Under the pieces are notes generated by a model. That model saw only the letters and a list, made by a program, of their open reading frames with translations, had not been told where the DNA came from and searched no databases. From Octopus sinensis (taxonomy: Eukaryota), in the NCBI RefSeq assembly GCF_006345805.1, contig NC_043015.1, positions 19,468,001 to 19,532,000 on the forward strand: a stretch of DNA of 64,000 bases, written 5' to 3'. Shown here in pieces: positions 11,185 through 23,329 of the stretch; position 1 is the stretch's first letter; every line of letters starts with the position of its first letter. A program made the translations under genes and the position numbers.

Positions 11185-12520
11185 AGCTAACCATACCACT
11201 ATCAGCATGGTCTTTGTCTCCAGCCTGCTGTTAGAGAAGTGCTGAGAACAACAGCGTGATGCCTCGTTTGCCTTTATTGACCTATCTAAGGCTTTTGATA
11301 CTATTAGCCATCCACTACTATGGAATGTCCTGCAGAGGTATGGACGCCCTCCTAAGCTTCTTGCCGTGCAAGCATGTGTGACATTGGGTGGTGATCAGTC
11401 TGACTACTCCAACGTTCAAGTCGGTGTTAAACAAGGCTGTGTCCTGGCCCGTCCTTTTCAATGTGTTGCTTGTGACTGTGACCTCACTATCTCGATACAA
11501 CCTCAACCCCGAAGATGGCATCCCAATTTGATATCACCACAATGGCAGTCTCTTCAACTTGAGGAGACTAAAATCACTAACAAAGACTTAGTTCACCACC
11601 CTCTTCGAATTACAGTATGCTGATGACTGCGAAGCTCTCACCCATGAACCAGCCAGCTTTCAGCAGAATCTAGATGTTGTGTGCAATGCCTATCATTGGG
11701 CTGGACTCCAGGTCAACACCAAGAAAACAGAGATCCTTCAATGCTCCAAAAATGGTTCACCCCCTGTGACACTTTCGCTCCAAGACAACCAGCTAAAGAA
11801 CACAAGAAATTCACCTATTTGAGTTGCATCATCTCAAACAATGTGGTCATTGACCACAAAATTCAGAATCGCATCCACCTTGCCTCCTCCACTTTTGTAC
11901 GTCTCAAGGATAGTGATCTGAATCTCTCCACGAAAATCAAGGTTTATCGTGCTGTTGTGGTTTCCATGCTTCTGTATGCCTCAGAAACCTGGACGCTTTA
12001 TCGTCGTCATATCAAAATCCTCAAATCTATTCATATCCGCTGTCTCCAGCGCATTCTTCATCTGACCTGGAAATTGACCAGCGTCGAATGCATGATCCTT
12101 GAACGTCAACTGCGCTGAGTGGGGCATGTTATTAGGATACCAGAAAACCGTATACCCAAAATTGTCCTTTTGGGGGAGTTAGCAGGGGGTAACTGACCGC
12201 ACAGAGATCCAAAGAAGCAATATAAAGATCATCTCAAGAAATCCCTGAAGCTCTGCAACTGCCCACCCCACCCCTGGTGAACTTGAAATACTGGCCACAG
12301 ACCATATTACCTGGAGGGGTATGGTCAAAACTTGTACGCAGCATTTTGAGGATGAGTGGACTAGACTTCATGAAGAAAAGCGGAGACAGCTCAAAGAACA
12401 TCAGCAAAATCCTAGATGAGCACATCTTCATCAGAGCCCTCTTTGCTGCTCTCAGTGTAATCAGACATGTGCCTCCGGAATTGCCCTTTTCAACCACGAG
12501 AGGGCCTGCCAATGCCATCA
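11185..12520 (+). mobile_element. Decayed RTE (BovB/RTE-1-like) LINE RT fragment, a different family from the PHD-RTE
   Basis: AFIDLSKAFDTI, GVKQGCVLA, LQYADDC, KFTYL and KIKVYRAVVVSMLLYASETW, with frameshifts; no PHD insert. Confidence 0.85.
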
Positions 12521-12579
12521 AGACAACCCCTAAGGATCAAAGACGTCGTCATCTGTCAAGATGGACTGCCTTAAGCAAG

Positions 12580-13830
12580 TAAGGGACACAACTCTTCTAA
12601 CACAATTTCGTCGAGTTTTCACTAGAACCTCATATTGCCAAACATCTTGGTCCACTGTCATTTCCTCTGTGAGTCCCAACATCCTAAGGTCAGTCCTCAA
12701 TACTTCATCCCATGTCTTCCTGAGTTTCCCTCCTCCATAGGCCCATCCACTTTCAGCGACAGGCATTTCTGTATACAGCTGTCTTCACTCATACACATCA
12801 CATGTCCTAACCAACACATTCTCCTCTCTTGCATACCACACTTAATCCCTCTTATGCCCAACTTTTCTCTCAACACAGTTGTGCTTTGTCGGTCATGCAC
12901 TCTGATGTTGCAAATCCAACAAAGTATAATACCTTCATTCCTCTCCAGCCTACATGTCCTCTGCAGTCAGAGCCCATGTCTCACTACGATGCAACATAGC
13001 TCTTTTTTACACAAGCATCATATAATCTACCTTTCACTCTGAGAGAGAGTCCTTTTCTTGCCAACAGAGGTAGTAGTTCTCTGAACTTCCTCCACCCTAT
13101 TCTTATTCTAGAAACAATACTTTCAGAGCATCCAACACTGTTACTAATTTGGTCTCCTAAATAGCAGAAATTATCTACTACCTCAAAGGAGCCTCTTGGG
13201 TCTTTGAGAGAGTTTTTCAGTCCTTCATGCTCATAATACTTACTGTTCCTGCACATCTGCCACACATGAAAGTGACTTTATTTGATAACCTTCCCATAAT
13301 TCCACTGCATCTCTTATGCATCCATAGCTTATACTTGGTGCAGCAAATGGAATTAAATCCCACTCTTTTCTTACATATTGAATAGGGCCATTTGCCAGCC
13401 GGAATGAATCTTATCTCCTATCTCGCTAACAACAACTTTAGACTTAGCTAAGTTAACTTTAAGAACCTCTGATTCCAGGTTTTGCTTCCAAACCCAGAAC
13501 TTCTCCAATTCTGCTTCAGATTCTGCAATAACAGCAAGATCAGCATATAGCAGTTCCTATGAGAATCCAGTTTTGAATTCATCTGTTATGGCCTGGAGAA
13601 CTACAATGAATAAGAGTGGACTAGGAACTGATCATTGGTTTACTCCAACTTGTACATTAAATTCATCACTGTATTCAAGGCCAACTCTCACTTTACTGAC
13701 AGCATTGCTGTACATGGCCTGAACCACTCTAACAAGCCACTCCTCTACTCCTAGCTTCCTTAGAGACCACCAAATAAGAGAGCAGGGAACCCTGTTGAAA
13801 GCTTTCTCCAGGCCAATGAACGCTAGGTAC
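12580..13830 (-). mobile_element. 5'-truncated decayed copy of the PHD-RTE LINE
   Basis: LEKAFNRVPCSLIWWSLRKLG, FCYLGDQIS, LSLRVKGRLYDACV and a remnant of the PHD segment at about 13255-13400. Confidence 0.9.
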
Positions 13831-14597
13831 AATGATTTACAATCATAAAATCTAGCTAACATAACAAGCTGTTTTTTCGTACTGACATCAGTAGTTTCAT
13901 CAATGATTAATGAAAACTTGCACTCTTTCAATTGTTTAATGAGGTTTTCAAAGTAATAAGGGCCTAAAACATTTTTATATATTTGAGTAGCTTTAGTTCT
14001 TGCACATTTAACATCTTTAGCTATTTTGGAATCAGGACATGCATTCTGAATTAGTCCAGGTAAATGATCAATGAGTCTCACTGATAAGTTATGTTCTGCA
14101 ATGAAGGAACAAAGCTTAAGTTCCACAGCAGCTACGTTTGTAAATATGAACAGAAGTTGTAGGCTGCAAAAAGTTCACTTTTATTTTCTGAATTAACATT
14201 TTTAATAGTTCCTGAGACCCACCCTACATCATGAGGGTTATAAATCACTCACAACTGATAAAAGTTTAAGAGATAATAAGGAAGCACATGCCACTTATGC
14301 ATAAAACATGCTAATGACTGGCATTAGAGTTGGCAAGCCAGCGATATTAGATGGTATGTATGATACACATTTTGAACACATTCTATACCAACTAGCTACC
14401 AATTAGACCATAAACTGCCTCATAAAATGTCGCAAAATATATTTTGATATAAAATAGTTAGTCCAAAAGTAATGTTTATACATAAAGTGAAAAAATTTGA
14501 AAAAAGTACCAAATTATTGCAACATAATACCGCACGTAGTACCGCACACCAAAAATACCAAATTTGGTACAATAGTACAGGTTCAGCAAACCTGCAG
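13831..14597 (-). mobile_element. hAT-superfamily transposase remnant with a probable left end
   Basis: FIAEHNLS..DHL...CPDSKIAK.VKCARTKATQI.KNVL..FSLIIDETTDVSTKKQL includes the first catalytic D (DE[S/T]TD motif). A possible terminus caggtttgctgaacc lies near 14597 (weak). Confidence 0.75.
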
Positions 14598-14734
14598 GGG
14601 GTGAGAATATGGTAAGCATTGGAAATATAAGCATTACTGCAGCTACAAATACAGATATAAATATGCCAATGTTAAATTAAGTAAGTAAACAGGCTGCTCT
14701 TTGGTTGATTTAATCCATTATATATATATATATA

Positions 14735-14895
14735 GGCGTAGGAGTGGCAGTGTGGTAAGTAGCTTGCTTATGAACCACATGGTTCCGGATTCAGTTCCAC
14801 TGCGAGGCACCTTGGGCAAGTGTCTTCTACTATAGCCTCGGGCCAACCAAAGCCTTGTGACTGGATTTGGTAGACGGAAACTGAAAGAAGCCTGT

Positions 14896-14950
<55 letters not shown>

Positions 14951-15088
14951 GTGTGTGTTATGTTTGTGTGTCTGTGTTTGTCCCCCCCAACATCGCTTGA
15001 CAACCGATGCTGGTGTGTTTACGTCCCCGTAACTTAGCGGTTCGGCAAAAGAGACTGAGAGAATAAGCACTAGGCTTACAAAGAATAC
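14735..15088 (+). mobile_element. tRNA-derived SINE family A, near full length with internal (TA)n(TG)n
   Basis: A-box-like gtggcagtgtggtaag and B-box-like ggattcagttcc; the same structure recurs many times in the window. Confidence 0.85.
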
Positions 15089-16050
15089 ATAAATGTGTAA
15101 TGATGTCCGTCTGTGTGTGTGTTTGGGGTTACTTTAGCTCCTCCCACACTGTCCAACAGATTTTAATGATTTTTGGCACATAGATAGATCACATGCCCTG
15201 AAGTTTAAAATAAGGCTGAAATTTTTTGAAAACTTGATAATGCTCAGTTGGCACTGATTTTTGTGAGCTCAATTGGACATTTGAATGGAAATCCCCATAA
15301 CGATTTTAATGAAATTTGAGATTTAGGTAAATTTTTTGATCAGAGAGGCAGTAAAAGTTTTAATTTAATTCCAGATGAATCAGAAGGGCACAAGTGTGTA
15401 TCAGATTTTTTCAGAGACTATTCTATTGATTTTTAAGATATGTTACATGTGATTACAGTTCATGCCCATAAGTTGAATGTGGCATGTGGAGTTGACAAAA
15501 AAAATCGATAATTGTGCGTGAGCAAGGAAATATTATAAAATTAATAGACATTTTGTGGGCAATTAATTACCCATAATAAACCTACCTTTCGCCGTATCTT
15601 TTACATTTTTATCTGATTTTGGTGAAACTTAACATGAAGATTAATTATGCGACATTGATGATGCAGGTGCAGTTACATTCAATCCAGATTACTCAGGGAA
15701 TGCAAATTGCGAATTATTCGTTTATTAAGTCCTGTACATTATTCAATTTGTTTTCAGTCATTGGTTTCTTCAATTATCATGTTATTTGCTTCAAATTTAG
15801 ATCGTTGCATGGATGGCTTTAAATTACCTCATAAATTCTACAGAAATCTTTAATTGCTCCGTGATAACTTTTATAAACTCAGCATCTTTTAAGATAGATA
15901 TGTGTAAAATCTGCTAAAGTTCCCCAGGAGTCCTCATTTCTGTTTAACACTTTCAATATTAACCTGGCCATAGCCATCTGAAAAATTTTTTGGTTCATAA
16001 GTCCAAAAATCCAACCCAGCCATAGCCGGCCAAGAGTACCGATTGTTATT
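15089..16050 (+). mobile_element. Possible decayed non-autonomous Helitron-like element
   Basis: Starts with ataaatg..gtccgtctgtgtgtg and contains attttaatgatttttggcaca-type subrepeats like the other Helitron-like elements. No clean CTAG end. Confidence 0.35.
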
Positions 16051-16229
16051 TAAATGTGAATTTAAGCACAAATCTCGTTAGTACATTCATGAAAGTATGT
16101 GATTTCATTTTGTAAATAGTTGAGTTATAGTAGTATACAGCATAGCCTGACATGATATCTGAACTCAGTGAATTTTGGGAGATTTTTTCCACATTTTTTC
16201 AGCGTCAATTTTTTTTTTTCAACTTTAAA

Positions 16230-16830
16230 AATGGATAGCAGTTTCATGCCATCAACCAGTGATTCCGAATTTAAAGGTTTTTCAACAGAAAATAAGGAGA
16301 TATTGAGAAAAAGAATGAATAAGGTACAAAAGCACATGGTGTACAAAAATGAATGGGATACTTCTGTATCCGAAACTGAAAGCAGCGATTCTGAAGAAAC
16401 TGAAAGCGGCGATAGCAACAGCAAAGATGATTTTGCATCGGAATGAAGTGAAACTTTTAAAATGTCTTTATTAGCAATTTTTCTGAGGAGATAGGGGTCT
16501 ATCAATAGTCTTTATTAGGAAGCGAAACCATTAGACTTTTATTTTTTTCAGTATGCTTGTTTGAAGTGATCACTGTGGAAACAAACTGTTATGCAGAATG
16601 TAAACAAACAGTATATGCTAGGAAAACCCATGAAATGGGGATCAAAGTTTGGAGAATTTGTGAAGCAAATACTGGGTACTGCTGTGGATTTAGTTTTTAT
16701 ACAGGTAAAATAATGTTAGTCAGCATGGCCTAGGGTACAATGTGGTCTGGAATTTATAACCAGAGCTGTATGTTATTTTCTGACCGATTTTTTTAGTTCA
16801 GTCAAACTTGCGGTGGATTTAGGTAGATTC
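16230..16830 (+). pseudogene. piggyBac transposase remnant (internally deleted)
   Basis: Acidic N-terminus (SDSEFKGF...SDSEE), then KQYMLGKP.KWGIKVWRICEANTGY...FYTGK...HGLGYNVV...DRFFSSVKLA after frameshift correction. Confidence 0.85.
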
Positions 16831-17189
16831 CTGTATTTCAGTTTATTTCACCTTTATAGTACACCCCTTCTTTTGTGCATTAAATTCAGCTGATAATCGA
16901 GTGATGTGCACAATTCTTCTTTATCAAAACTTTGTTGCATACCTAACTGAATATTAGCTGATGATTCATTTTCTATGGTGATGTATATCAATATCCACAC
17001 ATACTCATATATAAATCCATGCTTATATAAAATATCTATACCTAGAATCACATATATTCACGTGTACCCACTTGCATTCCTATAAATGCATACATACACA
17101 TGTGCAACATGCATATACATGCATACACATATATACATGCGCATATACATATGCATATAAACATACATACATACCTACATACATATACA

Positions 17190-18925
17190 GAAGGATAAGA
17201 AGACAAGGAAAGCCCCCAGCACATCAGGAATAACTGCTGAGATGCTTAAAATATCTAGGAGAATGGAATATGGCCTAGTCACCTGTATAGTTAATCAGGT
17301 TGTCTGTGAGGGAGTCATACCCAACAGCTGGTGTAAGCAATACCATAGTCAACTGTTACAAAGGGAAAGGTGATGCCTTAGATAGAAAAAATTACAGAGG
17401 TTTCAAATTGCTGGACCAGGTAATGAAAGTTACAGAGAGAGTTAGTGAATTTAGTGTACAATTTAGCGAATTTAGTGTACAAGTAGAAGTTCACCAAGGA
17501 TCAATCCTCAGTCCCTTCTTGTTTATCATAGTCCTCCTGGTCATAACAGAAGAATTCAAGACTGGCTGCCCCTGGAAGCTCCTCTATGTTGATGACTATG
17601 TTCTGATAGTTGAATCACTACCTAACTTAGAGAAAAAATTTCAGGTGCGGAAGTAAGGTCTGGAATCTAAGGGCCTTAGAGTTAGCAAAGATCAAAGTCC
17701 TGGACAAAATTACAAGTCCCTTCAGGGAGACGGCCTTGCTTGATATGTAAGGGTATTGGTAAAAACTCCATACGTTATACCCAGTGCAAGCTTTGGACAC
17801 ATACAAAGAAGGATAAAAGAGAAAATAGTCTTTGTGTGGAAAATGTGCATGTACAATAAGCACTAAAATTGTCCAAACAATAAACTTCCTCAAATGCTCA
17901 GGGGAACATTAGAAGTAGTAAATAGCTTGTTATCAAGCTGACCAATTTAGCAGGGGAGGAGATTGTTACAAGAGCATAGTTGCTAAAATAAGAATGAGCT
18001 GGGTGAAGTTCAGAGAGCTACTACCTTTGTTAGTAACTAAGAGCTTCTCCCTCACAGTGAAAGGCAGATTATATGATACCCATATATGTACAGCTATGCT
18101 ACATGACAGTGAAACATAGGCTATGACTACAGAGGACTTGTGAAGGCTTGAAAAAATAAAGCTAGCATACTCTGCTGTTTGGGTAAAGTCAGTGTACACA
18201 CACAACAGAAAGTAAATAATTAAAGAGGAAAACTGGGTATAAGAGGCATAAGATGTGTGCAAGTATGGTATGGTCATGTGATGAGAACAGATATGAGAAC
18301 AGATAAGTGCCAATTTCTAATTGTGGAGGGAACCTGTCAAAGTAGTAGACCCAGGAAGACATGCGGCAAAGTGGTGAGAAAAGATCTTCAGACTCTGGGA
18401 TTCAATGAGAAGATGACAAGGGACTGGAATCTGTGGAGATTTGCTGTACTTGGGAAGACACATCAAGCTAAGTAAAATCGCAGCCATCCATACATACAAG
18501 CATGTCCTTTGCAGGTACCAGTACCACATCAAATGCACTCATGCTGATATTATGGAAGTGCACCCACTAGCATAGCTGAGGTGGTTGTAGGGGCAGTCCA
18601 CCCCAGGTGGCACTTTAAAAGGGGCTGCAATTTTGGGTCTGTTGTAGGAAATGTTTTTTTGTGGGGTCCGGGAGCAGTAAATGGAAGAGCCACCCCAGGT
18701 AGCACATACTCTAGCTACATAAGTGAGTGCACCCATGCTGGTGGCACAAAAAAAAGCACCCAACACACCCTGTAAAGTGGTTGGCATTAGGAAAGGCATC
18801 CAGCAATAGAAACCATGCCAAAACAAACAATTGGTGTCTGAACAGTATTCCAGCTGGTCAGTTTCTGCCAAACCATCCAACCCACGCCAGCATAAAAAAC
18901 AGACATTAAATGATGATAATGATAA
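17190..18925 (+). mobile_element. Decayed, internally deleted PHD-RTE LINE with 3' UTR and (GAT)-type tail
   Basis: YKGKGDALDRKNYRGFKLLDQVMKVTERV, HQGSILSPFLF, WYGHVMR and RPRKT; ends gacattaaatgatgataatgat. Confidence 0.9.
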
Positions 18926-18956
18926 TATATATATAGGTAAAGATACATATATATCA

Positions 18957-19950
18957 TCATCATCATCGTCATCGTTTAACGTCCACTTTCCATGCTAGCA
19001 TGGGTTGGACAATTTTGACTGAGGGCTGGCAAACCAGATGGCTGCACCAGGCTCCAATCTTGATCTGGCAGAGTTTCTACAGCTGGATGCCCTTCCTAAT
19101 GCCAACCACTCCGAGAGTGTAGTGTAGTGGATGCTTTTTACGTGCCACTGGCACGGGGGCCAGTCAGGCGGTACTGGCAATGATTTCACTCGAATCTTTT
19201 TACACATACCACCGGCACAGGTGCCAGTAAGGTGACATTGGTAATGATCACGCTCGAATGGTGCACTTTTATGTGCCACCGGCACAGAAGCCAGTTGGCT
19301 GCTCTGGCAACGATCATGCTCGGATGGTGCTCTTGGCACCCTACTAGCACGGGCACAAGTGCCAGTAAGGCGATGCTGGTAACGATCACACTTGAATGGT
19401 GCCTTTTATGTGCCACTGGCACGGAAGCCGGTTAGCCGCTCTGTCAACGATCACGCTCATATGGTGCTCTTTGCACCCCGCTAGCACGGATGCCAGTCAT
19501 CGAATGTGATTTTGAGTTTAGTGTCCAAAGAAGGAAAAGGTATGCATAAGCAGGCTGGTTACGCTCCTGGCATAGACCACAGGTTATGGTCTCATTTGGC
19601 GTGCCAGGTCTTCTCAAGCACAGCATATTTCCAAAAGTCTCGGTTGCTAGTCATTTCCTTGGTGAGGCCTAATGTTCAAAGGTTGTGCTTCACCACTTCA
19701 TCCCAGGTCTTCCTGGGTCTACCTCTTCCACAGGTTCTCTCAATCGCAAGGGTGTGGCACTTTTTCACACAGCTATCCTCATCCATTCTCGCCATATGAC
19801 CATTACACATCCATCGGACCATACTGGCTTCATTCCTTGCGAGCTTACACATGTCCTCAGCAGTCACAGCCCATGTTTCACTGCCATGTAGCATGGCTGT
19901 TTGTACACAAGTGTCATACAGTCTACCTTTTACTCTGAGCAAGAGGCCCT
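18957..19950 (-). mobile_element. 3' fragment of the PHD-RTE LINE with subrepeated 3' UTR
   Basis: KGRLYDTCVQTAMLHGSETW and GRGRPRKTW; the 3' UTR has several gtgcca(c/g)(c/t)ggcac units and a (CAT)n tail at 18957. Confidence 0.9.
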
Positions 19951-21439
19951 ATGTATATGTGTGTGCATATATATATATAAATATATATAAATTTGTATGT
20001 ATGTGTGTACATGTGTATTACATCCACTTGTAAATCTCTCTTTTTTGAAATTACTTTTTCTATCCTTATTCCCCTTCTAAATATCTATAAGATTTCTGAT
20101 TATTACTGACTATAAATTAAAGTTCCATCCAAATGTAAGTTTTGTGTTATTTTGATTCTTTGTCTGAAGAATTTCTCATAGGAGATATCTTACATGTTTC
20201 TTCTACATGTACAGTTTTGTAATTCCTATGAGCAAATGAAACATGTTATGGGGAATAAATAATGCTAAAATTTTTTTCCAATAATCTGTTTTGATAAATA
20301 TATATATATATACTCATACAACTATACTCACAACTGCAAACATACATAGACAAACACATGTACCATACACAAGTGTGAGTGTACATATATACAGTCATAT
20401 ATATATATAATATACAGGGCGTTTTAATTATTAGTATTATCCCTATGTTTTGTCTCACAGAATTTAAATGTCTTGGATATTTTGCAGACAGTTCATAATC
20501 GTTTTTTATTTATCTATTTTTTTTTTTAAGAAAGCCTTCCCTGCTTGATGATTTACAGCACTTTATTTAAACACAAACTGCAGCTATGTCTTTCACCTTT
20601 ATAGGGTTCTGCTGTACAAAGGGTTGACTTTTACAATTGATAGTCTATATCTTTACATTTTAAGAAAGCAATTTTGCATGAGCACAATTAGAGTTGGACA
20701 AAGAGTCTATGTGAGGCAAACTGTTTTTAAAAATCTTTGTATGATCCAATGTAGATTTTAATATTGTAGTGTGAGGACATTTATTTATAGATGACTTCAG
20801 AGGGTAGCTAGAAAGGTCTTAGCAGTTACAATTGGTTATGTCCCAGTTATGTTACCTAGTAGAATCATTAGAATTACTATTACTTCCATTACTATCTTCA
20901 ACATTAATATCCTCTATGTCACAAGTTGTATTATCAACAAAAATGTCACCAAGACCATCATCATCATCAGTACTCCTAGTAGTGGTACAAATAGTAGCGG
21001 TTGTGATAATAAGGTTATTATTAACAGTAGTAGCCACAGTATCATGAACAACATTATGGGTAATAGAAGAAATATCAACAACATTAGCAGTAATAGAAAC
21101 TTCAGAAGTTTGGACAGTGAGACATTTATTAGTTTTATTCTTTTGTCAGGCATAGTTATGTTTGATGTAGTTTCAATATAATTGTTTACAGTATAGAGTA
21201 TGTTTGATTTATTTATGTAGGTGGGATGAACTATGCCAGTGGTGGTGTTTCCATACATACATAGTGTTGATTACAAAGTTCTATTGTGAGTATTTTATGT
21301 TAAATTATTCTGTTCTTTTAAGCTTTTTATGGTGGGTAGTGGCAGCTATGTTATCTGCTACATTTGGGGTCATAGAATATGCAAGTTTAAATGAAGACAT
21401 GGTAAACAGTATGAAATCATAATGCAACTAAATTGATAG

Positions 21440-21640
21440 GATACAACTGGATACCACATCCTAGGATATCTAGACAGTAGAAACACATGTCAGGAAGCTA
21501 AGTTAGCAAAAACCAAAGTCATAGTAAGTAGGAAGGCAGACAAATCACAAATCCCTTCAGATAGATGCCCTGCTCAATCTATAGAAAAGGCATAGGTAGA
21601 AACTCCGTAAGATGTAACCAGTGTAAGGTCTTGTCAGGTT
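21440..21640 (+). mobile_element. Short internal fragment of the PHD-RTE LINE
   Basis: gttagcaaaaaccaaagtcatagtaagtaggaaggcagacaaatcacaaatcccttcag matches the pre-PHD segment of the other copies. Confidence 0.75.
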
Positions 21641-21878
21641 TGTTGTAGCCTGAATATTATTCTTACAACAAAATTATAAGTAACTCCTTACAGAAATTCC
21701 ATGTAATTAAAGATTACAATATCACAAGATTAAACATCTACATATGTAAAATTTATAGAATTATAAGATTCTTTTTAGAAGTTATATCCTCTTATTTTTA
21801 ACTAGAATTAGGTCCACATTCAAATTTAACTAATATATTTGAAATCAAGAAGTACATTTGATTTAATCAAATACTCAC

Positions 21879-22047
21879 CTGACACGTCCATCGAAGATTT
21901 GGCAATTTCCAACAGTTGTTGGTCAACATTGAGGAACTCTTCTGTTAGGAGCTCTGTCATTGATGAAGGGTTTTCTTCTTTGGGTATTTTCAACAAGCGT
22001 ATCATAAGGTTCTTAAACAACACTTTTTCTGCAAAATCAGCAGCAAA
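21879..22047 (-). CDS. PPM1L: Internal exon of a PP2C-family protein phosphatase, PPM1L/PP2C-epsilon-like
   Basis: Acceptor tttgtttatag and donor cag|gtgagt. The 169-bp exon reads FAADFAEKVLFKNLMIRLLK...ELLTEEFLNVDQQLLEIAKSSMDVS(G). This corresponds to the segment between DGHGGE and GTTA in PPM1L orthologues, as recalled from human PPM1L and the fly orthologue. Confidence 0.8.
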
Positions 22048-22419
22048 CTATAAACAAATAATAAAAACTATAACGAAAATCTTGTTTATATGTAAAACTA
22101 TATGTAAATTTAGTAAATTGGCTCACATATTTCTTAAAGTTATTTATTCATTTGCTACTGCTATAATTTCCACAATTATTTCTGATTTTGGCATATATTG
22201 TTTGAAAATATGAAAGACCAATTTTCTAATGTATTTAACCCAGGAACTTAAATTTGTTTGATTAAAGAAATTCAAATACTGGACAGACCAAAACTAGTTT
22301 TTATGGAATCAAACAGATAAATGGCTATCAATAAGAGAAAAAGAGCCCTAGGAATATTGATGGAAATGGGAAAATATGTAAAGGTACAATGTATATCTTG
22401 TTTTGCTTTGTGCTCTTGC

Positions 22420-23060
22420 TTGATGAGGCTGGAATCTTCCCAGGTTAGTGGTCCCAGAGACATCATCGTGCATAGAGCTGACCAGTTGCTGGCAGTCCCT
22501 CTGCATCCTCCAAGGTGAAACTCAACCTATGGAGATCTTCCTTAATCATGTCCAGCTATCAGGTGCAGGGCCTGTCACAAAGTCTCTTCCTGCCTGCAGC
22601 TGCTGTGTCAAATGAGAGTAGCCATGGTAGGATGATCTAACAGGAAATGGAGGACATGTTCATACTTGGGAGTTCCGTAAAGATTGCCACCTTTACACTG
22701 CTTTCACTGATCTCAAAGCAGCTTTCAATATGGTCAACCACACATCCCTCTGGTAAGTTCTCAAGCTCATCAGTATGCTTCCCAAGATCTCCACCTTGTT
22801 CCAGCAGCTTGCTGGCAATGCCAAGAGCTGTGTGCAAGTGAATGGAAAGGACTGACTAGTTTGCCATGAACAGCGGGGTCAGACAGAGTTGTGTGGCAGC
22901 CCCCAACCTCTTCAACTGTACCATTGATTATCTGATAACCAAGGTTTGTGAGCAAGTCTCTGGCATTACCTTCAGGAACTACCACTTTACTGACCTGGAG
23001 TATGTGAACGATACCACCCTATTTAGTAACTCAATTGACCAGCTCAGGGACACACTGACT
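22420..23060. mobile_element. Decayed RTE-like LINE fragment with an internal inversion
   Basis: 22680-23060 (+) reads LYTAFTDLKAAF..LW, SGVRQSCVAAPNLFN and DLEYVND. 22420-22620 (-) reads like the LINE C-terminus (WLDMIKEDL..TLEDA). Confidence 0.65.
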
Positions 23061-23329
23061 ATGAATACCTGCTTTTCAATCACCTGGCCTTTTGTAAGTT
23101 TAATGTCTACTAATAAAGACTTTTATTATTAGCCATATTTTTTTTCTTTTCCTTTTTTTTTTTTTTTCATCATAACATACAGTATTGGCTACCCAAAGTG
23201 TTAAGATATATACTACAATACATTACATCAGAGAAACAGAACAATGTTAACATAACTTCACATGTTTCTATTAATAAAAATGTACATGCTCATTTAGTGT
23301 CCACATAGATGATGTTGCACTTGCATTTA

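Noticed and set aside
11111-11192. GTTTTAGAGCTA twice (11135, 11178), identical to the start of the SpCas9 repeat/sgRNA scaffold
   Set aside because: It is part of a simple 43-bp tandem duplication in which the intervening sequences are also homologous. There are only two units, no cas genes, and the context is eukaryotic; coincidental.
21221-21285. Plus-strand AG…GTGAGT mini-exon (WDELCQWWCFHTYIVLITKFY)
   Set aside because: Only 65 bp, no recognisable homology, and it overlaps a low-complexity region; insufficient support.
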